Virus record (IMG/VR): IMGVR_UViG_3300031726_000039 | Location: 1 to 25,398 of that record | Reading direction: 5' to 3' (one strand) | Source of the DNA: a virus | Lineage: Duplodnaviria; Caudoviricetes | DNA length: 25,398 bases | Shown: positions 8,003-13,682 of the stretch, piece by piece | Layout of the letters: every line of letters begins with the position of its first letter | Position numbering within the stretch: position 1 is the first letter of the stretch | Position numbers and translations under genes: made by a program | The notes under the pieces: model-generated | Seen by the model: only the letters and a program-made list of their open reading frames with translations | What the model was told of the DNA's origin: nothing | The model's database searches: none

Positions 8003-8964
8003 AAACAGCATTAGTATTAGGTGCAGGTGGATTTATAGGTAGTCATTTAATTAAAAGGCTAAAATTGGAAGGGTATTGCACAATCGGGATGGACATAAAA
8101 CGTCCTGATTATTCCTGTCTTCCAACCGATTGTTTTTTAAAAATGGATTTGCGTGACAAGTTAAGTTTGGAATATGTCTTTGAAAGATTTTACAATCGTA
8201 TTGATGAAGTCTATCAACTTGCGGCGGATATGGGAGGAGCAGGCTACATTTTTAGTGGAAAACATGATGCCGATGTTATGCATAATTCAGCATTGATTAA
8301 TTTAAATGTTGCTGAATTTTTGAAGGATAAAAAGGTGAAAGTATTTTATTCCAGTTCTGCCTGTATTTATCCTGCCACTAATCAAACAGATAACGAATTT
8401 CCAATATGCATTGAAAGCACTGCATACCCTGCCAATCCTGATTCCGAATATGGATGGGAAAAATTATTTAGTGAACGTTTGTATCAGTCATATAATCGAA
8501 ATTATGGTTTGGATATTAGGATTGCAAGATTCCACAATATATTTGGACCGGAAGGATCTTATAATAACGGTAAGGAAAAAGCCCCTGCAGCCATTTGCAG
8601 AAAAGTGGCAGAAGCAAAAGAAGGAGAATCAATTGAGGTGTGGGGTGATGGAGAACAAACTCGTAGTTTCCTTTACGTGGATGAATGCATAGAAGGGATT
8701 CGACGGTTGATGGAGTCAGATTATAAAGAACCTGTAAACATCGGTAGTACTGAAATGATTTCCATAAATGAACTTGCTGAAAAAGTAATTGCAATTTCAG
8801 GGAAGACAATAGGAATAAAACACATTGAAGGGGCATTAGGAGTACGAGGACGCAATTCAAATAATGATTTAATACAACAAAAATTAAATTGGAGTCCAAA
8901 TTTTCCTTTGCAAAAAGGTTTGGAATTAACTTATAAATGGATTAACACACAGGTAAATGGTTAA
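7999..8964 (+). CDS. GDP-mannose 3,5-epimerase-like NAD-dependent epimerase (extended SDR)
   Basis: Motifs GAGGFIG, LAADMGGAGYI, SSSACIYP, YGWEK, RFHNIFGPEG, KEKAPAAICRK, WGDGEQTRSF and GVRGRNS form the GME signature set, including the catalytic Cys, Lys and YxxxK. Confidence 0.88.
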   Translation: MKTALVLGAGGFIGSHLIKRLKLEGYCTIGMDIKRPDYSCLPTDCFLKMDLRDKLSLEYVFERFYNRIDEVYQLAADMGGAGYIFSGKHDADVMHNSALINLNVAEFLKDKKVKVFYSSSACIYPATNQTDNEFPICIESTAYPANPDSEYGWEKLFSERLYQSYNRNYGLDIRIARFHNIFGPEGSYNNGKEKAPAAICRKVAEAKEGESIEVWGDGEQTRSFLYVDECIEGIRRLMESDYKEPVNIGSTEMISINELAEKVIAISGKTIGIKHIEGALGVRGRNSNNDLIQQKLNWSPNFPLQKGLELTYKWINTQVNG

Positions 8965-9628
8965 AACAGTAGCATTGGTATTATATGAGTCTCAGGATTT
9001 CACGTTTAGGGATGTCCAACTAATTTGTGTGCATCTTCGAAACAAATGGAGAACTTCTGTGGACGAATTGCAGATTATTTGTTTTTGGAATAAAGCATCT
9101 CGGGAATACGATCTAGGATGGGTCAGAATAATCCCATTAGATAAAAAATGGCCTAAGTGGTGGTCTCGAATGATTTTATATAGCCCAGAAGTAGAACACC
9201 TACGTCCTTTTCTTTATCTTGACCTTGATACTGTGATTGTCAATTCCATTGAAAATATTTTCAATTTAGTAACTGATGAAACAAAGTATATAACATTGGA
9301 AGACTTTGGTCAACCTCAACGTCTTGCCACGCCAGTTGTTTGGTTTCCTAAACAGTCTGCAAAAATTGATAGTGTTTGGAAAGCTTGGACGAAACAAATT
9401 GAAATGCCTCAGGGGCGAATGGATTATTTTTTACGGAACTACACAAAGCAAGATTTATTTTGGCAACAGATCACAAATACCATTATCGATTTTAAGCCTC
9501 GTAGAAACGATTTATTAAAAAATGTGAATAAAGATGCAAATCTTATTTTATTTCACGGCAAACCAAGGATTTTTGAGGCTGCCGAAACAATTAATTGGGT
9601 GAACGATTACGTAAAATTAAAAGGATGA
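8957..9628 (+). CDS. GT-A fold (GT8-like) glycosyltransferase
   Basis: Motifs WWSRMILY, LYLDLDTVI (DXD) and ILFHGKPR. Confidence 0.72.
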   Translation: MVKTVALVLYESQDFTFRDVQLICVHLRNKWRTSVDELQIICFWNKASREYDLGWVRIIPLDKKWPKWWSRMILYSPEVEHLRPFLYLDLDTVIVNSIENIFNLVTDETKYITLEDFGQPQRLATPVVWFPKQSAKIDSVWKAWTKQIEMPQGRMDYFLRNYTKQDLFWQQITNTIIDFKPRRNDLLKNVNKDANLILFHGKPRIFEAAETINWVNDYVKLKG

Positions 9629-10227
9629 ATAATAAAGTAACGGTAATCATTCCGTACAAAACTGATAGAGGGTGGTTGAAGGATGCAATTGTAAGCGTTC
9701 CAATGAATGTTCAATTGATAGTAAGTCAAGGCAAAGGGAATTGGCCTCAGAATTTTAATAAGGCATTATCTCAGGCTACTGGAGATTTTATAAAATATTT
9801 ACACGAGGATGATATGTTAACGGTAAATTGCATTGAGGACTCTTTGAAAACATTTGAATCCTCAGGTTGTGATTTTATACATGGAAATGCAATCGAATTA
9901 GAAAACGGAACATATTATAAATTATATAAACCAATGATTCTGATTCCAACGTTTGATAATTTATTAAAAACAAACAGTATTCATAGTGCCACCACAATGT
10001 ATAGACGTTGGGTGTTTGAAAAATTAGGAACATTTAGTGAAGATAATCGGTATTATTCATTCGAGGAATTTGAATTTAATTTGCGGCTATTAAAAGGTGG
10101 TTTAAAAATAGGGTATTGCAATCAGTCATTGGCTTTTTACAGAAGACACCCGCGACAAATCATCCGGACCGTAGATAAGCAGAAAAGAAAAGAAAACAGG
10201 CAGGAATTAATAAACATGTACAAATGA
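9625..10227 (+). CDS. GT2-family glycosyltransferase
   Basis: Motifs VTVIIPY, NFNKAL..ATGDFIKYLHEDD, EEFEFNLR and YRRH..Q. The start is placed at ATG 9625 (ATGA overlap with the upstream stop) rather than 9595. Confidence 0.85.
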   Translation: MNNKVTVIIPYKTDRGWLKDAIVSVPMNVQLIVSQGKGNWPQNFNKALSQATGDFIKYLHEDDMLTVNCIEDSLKTFESSGCDFIHGNAIELENGTYYKLYKPMILIPTFDNLLKTNSIHSATTMYRRWVFEKLGTFSEDNRYYSFEEFEFNLRLLKGGLKIGYCNQSLAFYRRHPRQIIRTVDKQKRKENRQELINMYK

Positions 10228-10868
10228 TAAACCAATCTCCAATATTAATTACAGGCTGTCCTCGAAGTGGAACAACAATCGTGGCTAATGCAATTCAAAA
10301 GGCAGGAGCATTTATTGGACAAACTTCTACCCGAGGAATGATGGAAAATGATGAGATACGGGAGAAATTAATTCGACCTTATTTCAAACAAAAAGGTTTG
10401 GATTGTAGAGGTCAATTTTTAAAACAACATAATGTTTCTATTCCTACGGATTGGAACGTTAAAATTGAAAATATATTAAAATCCCAGGGACTTACTGCAA
10501 ATAATATTTGGATGTATAAAGGTCTGGGTTGTTTAATTTGGCCTATTTGGAATTATACTTATCCTGATGCAAAGTGGATTATTGTACGTAGACGTACAGG
10601 AGATATTATCCAGTCCTGCATGAAAACCGCTTATATGACTGCATTTAATACAGAGGAAGGATGGAAAGATTGGGTACATCAATATGAAAATAAATTTGTG
10701 GAAATGATTGAGGCAGGATTGAATTGTAAAATCGTTTGGCCAGAAAGAATTTTAAATGGAAATTACACACAAATATATGAAACAATAGAGTGGTGTGGTT
10801 TGAAATGGAATGATCAAATAATTCCAACAATTAATCAATTATTACATACTAACAAGGAAAGGACATAA
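10224..10868 (+). CDS. PAPS-dependent sulfotransferase family protein
   Basis: 5'-PSB loop ILITGCPRSGTT. Also WMYK and YPDAKWIIVRR...IIQS (3'-PB-like). Confidence 0.78.
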   Translation: MINQSPILITGCPRSGTTIVANAIQKAGAFIGQTSTRGMMENDEIREKLIRPYFKQKGLDCRGQFLKQHNVSIPTDWNVKIENILKSQGLTANNIWMYKGLGCLIWPIWNYTYPDAKWIIVRRRTGDIIQSCMKTAYMTAFNTEEGWKDWVHQYENKFVEMIEAGLNCKIVWPERILNGNYTQIYETIEWCGLKWNDQIIPTINQLLHTNKERT

Positions 10869-10869
10869 A

Positions 10870-11244
10870 ATGGCACGTGTAACGGCTACGGAGGTAAAAG
10901 ACATACTGGATAACTGCACTAAGGAGGATACTACAATTGATGTATTTATAATCGGTGCATCGGAATTGATTACAAAGGTATTTGCAGAGGACGTGGAAAT
11001 AGGGGAGACATTATTAAAGGAGTTAGAAAGATGGTTCGCGGCTCATATGATAGCTTCAACCATTCACAGGACTACTTCGGATGAAAAGTTAGGAGATGCC
11101 TCTGTAAAATATACAGGACAGTGGGGTAAAAATCTTGATTCCACTCCATACGGGCAGATGGTTAAACAACTTGATGTAACAGGCAAGATGGAGGCTTATC
11201 TTGGGAAATCAGTTGCAAGTATTTTTGCGGTAACAATCAATTAA
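10870..11244 (+). CDS. Head-tail adaptor/connector protein (DUF4054/gp15-like)
   Basis: Motifs LERWFAAHMI, SDEKLGDASVKY and LDSTPYGQ. First gene of the neck module. Confidence 0.8.
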   Translation: MARVTATEVKDILDNCTKEDTTIDVFIIGASELITKVFAEDVEIGETLLKELERWFAAHMIASTIHRTTSDEKLGDASVKYTGQWGKNLDSTPYGQMVKQLDVTGKMEAYLGKSVASIFAVTIN

Positions 11245-11252
11245 AATTAAAA

Positions 11253-11660
11253 ATGAGTATACAGGATAATATAAATTCAATGATGACACAAACGGCCGTG
11301 TATTGGGGTCCTATGATTGATGACGGTTTTGGTGGACAGACTTTTGATTCTGAATATCCAAAAGAAGTTAATTGTAGATGGCAACAAAGAAGTGATTTAG
11401 GTGGACGTGTAACTGATAAATTAGGAGCCCCTGTAAATTGTAATGCCGTCGTTTATGTTTCGGAGGATATGGCTGAGGAAAGTTGGTTGTTTTTTGGTAC
11501 ACTTGATGACATATACAATTTAATGGACAGTGATCAGGATATATTAAATCCAAAAGCAATTGACGGAGCATTTCAAATAAAACGTTTTGATAAAAGTCCT
11601 TCAATGCGTTCCAATGATAATAGTTGGATTAGAAAAGTTTATTTAGGTTTTAAAGGATAA
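11253..11660 (+). CDS. Head closure/stopper protein
   Basis: Motifs QTAVYW...DDGFGG, EVNCRWQ and AVVYV. Position after the adaptor. Confidence 0.7.
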   Translation: MSIQDNINSMMTQTAVYWGPMIDDGFGGQTFDSEYPKEVNCRWQQRSDLGGRVTDKLGAPVNCNAVVYVSEDMAEESWLFFGTLDDIYNLMDSDQDILNPKAIDGAFQIKRFDKSPSMRSNDNSWIRKVYLGFKG

Positions 11661-11664
11661 AAGT

Positions 11665-12048
11665 ATGGCTATAGGCTCATCAATAAAAGGATTTGATAAG
11701 GTGTTAATTAACCTTAATAAAGAGATTAAAAACATTGAGGGACGAACTATGCAAGGACTAATCGGGGCAGCGGCTTATATTCGTGCTGATATGGATCATA
11801 TCACTCCTACTATCCCTGTTGATACTGGAAATTTAAGGGCTTCATGGTTTGTAACACCGTATCAAACCCCACGTGTAAAAGGTGTTATAATTGGTTTTAG
11901 TGCTAATTATGCAGTATTTGTCCATGAAATGTTAGGAGCTGTAAATTGGAATAGAGAAGGTTCAGGTCCTAAATTTCTAGAGGCTGCAATTAAAAGAAAT
12001 GCTGTTATTATTTTAGGAATTATACAAGCAACCGCAAAAATTAAATAG
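11665..12048 (+). CDS. Tail completion/neck protein (HK97 gp10-like)
   Basis: Motifs PVDTGNLRAS, YAVFVHE and GPKFLEAA. Confidence 0.82.
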   Translation: MAIGSSIKGFDKVLINLNKEIKNIEGRTMQGLIGAAAYIRADMDHITPTIPVDTGNLRASWFVTPYQTPRVKGVIIGFSANYAVFVHEMLGAVNWNREGSGPKFLEAAIKRNAVIILGIIQATAKIK

Positions 12049-12049
12049 T

Positions 12050-12442
12050 ATGAATGCTTCAAGTGTAGACGTAAAGGATATTTTAATTGCAGATTCAACG
12101 TTAGGTTTGGTATTTGCAACCAGTTTATTTGTTGGGAAAGAACCATCTAAACCAGATAATTGTGTAACTATATTTGATACACCTGGGTTTCCCCCGCTAT
12201 TAGGTTTGGAAACTAACGGATATGAATATCCATCCGTACAAATACGGGTAAGAAATACAACATATCTGAATGGATGGAATTTAGTTGAAAAAATAAAGGC
12301 ATCATTACACGGCCGGGCACAGCAATGGTGGAATGGTACTTTATATTCTGTTATCTATTGCGCTAGCGGACCTGCGTTCTTAGATTGGGACGATAATGGA
12401 AACGCTAGGTTTATTATTAATTTTAATTTACAAAGGAGGTAA
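12050..12442 (+). CDS. Tail terminator protein (minor capsid 3-like)
   Basis: Motifs LFVGKEP..PDNCVTIFDTPG, YPSVQIRVR and D.NGNARFIINF. Precedes the tail tube. Confidence 0.78.
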   Translation: MNASSVDVKDILIADSTLGLVFATSLFVGKEPSKPDNCVTIFDTPGFPPLLGLETNGYEYPSVQIRVRNTTYLNGWNLVEKIKASLHGRAQQWWNGTLYSVIYCASGPAFLDWDDNGNARFIINFNLQRR

Positions 12443-12446
12443 AAGT

Positions 12447-12872
12447 ATGTCACAGGCAATTAATGGCGTTGGTACTATATTTCAGAGATGGAATGGATCC
12501 GCTTGGGTTCATATTGCTGAAATTAAATCCATCGACGGTCCCAGCAAGACGAGGGACACAATTGAAACCACCAATCTTGATACAACAGGTGGTTATAAAA
12601 CATTTATTGCAAGTTTCAGGGATGCGGGTACAGTACAGTTAAGCATGAATTTTACCCGTGCCACGTACGAATTAATGGATGATGATTTTGCAAGTGAAAC
12701 ACTGAAAAATTATGAAATCATACTTCCAGATTCCGAGGTAACTTCAATTGAGTTTGAAGGATTGGTCACTGAATTAGGTTTAAGTATCACTACAGGAGAT
12801 GTAGTTTCTGCACCTGTTACAATTAAGGTCAGTGGGGCTCCTGTTATGAATAGTGGTTCAGGATCAAATTAA
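12447..12872 (+). CDS. Major tail (tube) protein, lambda gpV-like
   Basis: Motifs IAEIKSIDGP, RDTIETTNLD, YKTFI..FRDAG and TIKVSGAP. Start at ATG 12447, 6 nt after AAGGAGGT (12433-12440). Confidence 0.88.
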   Translation: MSQAINGVGTIFQRWNGSAWVHIAEIKSIDGPSKTRDTIETTNLDTTGGYKTFIASFRDAGTVQLSMNFTRATYELMDDDFASETLKNYEIILPDSEVTSIEFEGLVTELGLSITTGDVVSAPVTIKVSGAPVMNSGSGSN

Positions 12873-12878
12873 TTTATT

Positions 12879-12906
12879 AAAAATTCTAATCAGGAATTTT
12901 ATTTTT
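12879..12906 (+). promoter_or_regulatory. Hairpin with TAATCAG loop plus T-rich tail after tail tube gene (copy 2)
   Basis: AAAATTC-TAATCAG-GAATTTT-ATTTTT, with a perfect 7-bp stem. Homologous to the post-MCP element. Confidence 0.45.
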
Positions 12907-12934
12907 ATTATTTACAATTAAAAAAATCTTAATC

Positions 12935-13378
12935 ATGGGACTATTAAACAGAAAAAAATTATTAGAAAAACAAAAGTTAGATATTGTTAAAGTTGATCTT
13001 GGCACGGACGAAGGTGAAGAAATTTATGTTTATGTAAAGCAAATGACCGGCCGGGAACGGGATACATTTGAACGGACCCTCACTAAAGAAAAAAGAGACT
13101 CGAAAGGCAAAATAAAGGACTATGAACAGGCACTGGAGGATTTCAGGGCTAAATTAGCTGTTTCCACTGTTTGTGATGAAGAAGGAAACCTAATACTACG
13201 TCCACAGGATTACCCAGAATTAAGCCAAAATATGTCTGCCGCCCGTCTCGAAATAATTATAAATAAAGCTCAGGAATTAAATAAAATTTCAGAGGAGGAT
13301 AAGGATGCACTCACAAAAAACTCCGAAGCAGACCTGGACGCCAATTCCAATTCAGGCTCTGCCGAGAACTTGGAATAA
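12935..13378 (+). CDS. Tail assembly chaperone (G)
   Basis: Located between tail tube and tape measure. Motifs VYVKQMTGRERDTFE, FRAKL...VCDEEG and a KN slippery site near the C-terminus. Confidence 0.85.
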   Translation: MGLLNRKKLLEKQKLDIVKVDLGTDEGEEIYVYVKQMTGRERDTFERTLTKEKRDSKGKIKDYEQALEDFRAKLAVSTVCDEEGNLILRPQDYPELSQNMSAARLEIIINKAQELNKISEEDKDALTKNSEADLDANSNSGSAENLE

Positions 13379-13680
13379 GCCATCCTGATCATTTGCTGGA
13401 TCAATTGACCTCGGCACAATTAAGTGAATGGGAGGCATACGATAGAATAGACCCCGTAGGCACATGGCGCGGGGATTTTCAAACGGCTCAAATTTTAACA
13501 CTGCTTACAAACATGTATAACGCATTACATACGAAGGAAACTAAAAAGGTAGATGTAATGGAATTTATGCCAAATTGGACAGGAGAACGTGAGGAAGAAA
13601 AACAACAATCCCTTTCCGAGGCTATTATACAAGCATTTGGAGGTATTGCAAGAAGACAAAAGAAAACTAAAAACCAGTAA
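13315..13680 (+). CDS. Tail assembly chaperone GT, -1 frameshift extension
   Basis: In-frame slippery heptamer A AAA AAC at 13315-13321. The -1 frame is open from there (KLRSRPGRQFQFRLCRELGISHPDHLLDQLTSAQLSEWEAYDRIDP...) into the 13393..13680 ORF. Confidence 0.85.
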   Translation, partial: KKLRSRPGRQFQFRLCRELGISHPDHLLDQLTSAQLSEWEAYDRIDPVGTWRGDFQTAQILTLLTNMYNALHTKETKKVDVMEFMPNWTGEREEEKQQSLSEAIIQAFGGIARRQKKTKNQ

Positions 13681-13682
13681 CG

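Noticed and set aside
3225-10868. Host O-antigen/capsule locus or Gtr-type serotype-conversion cassette
   Set aside because: No flippase, polymerase, chain-length regulator, initiating phosphoglycosyl transferase or membrane protein. The genes are coupled into the virion operon. Host-surface modification is not excluded but is less parsimonious.
3225-10868. DNA hypermodification (glycosylated base) system
   Set aside because: Such genes usually sit with replication genes and a hydroxymethylase or TET/JBP enzyme. None is seen here, and the location is late/structural.
12396-12446. Longer N-terminus for the tail tube (and likewise 9595 for GT2)
   Set aside because: The SD position supports ATG 12447 and the ATGA coupling supports ATG 9625. 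The extensions merely overlap upstream genes.
13393-13680. Independent ORF starting at TTG 13393
   Set aside because: Better explained as the -1 frameshift extension of the tail chaperone.
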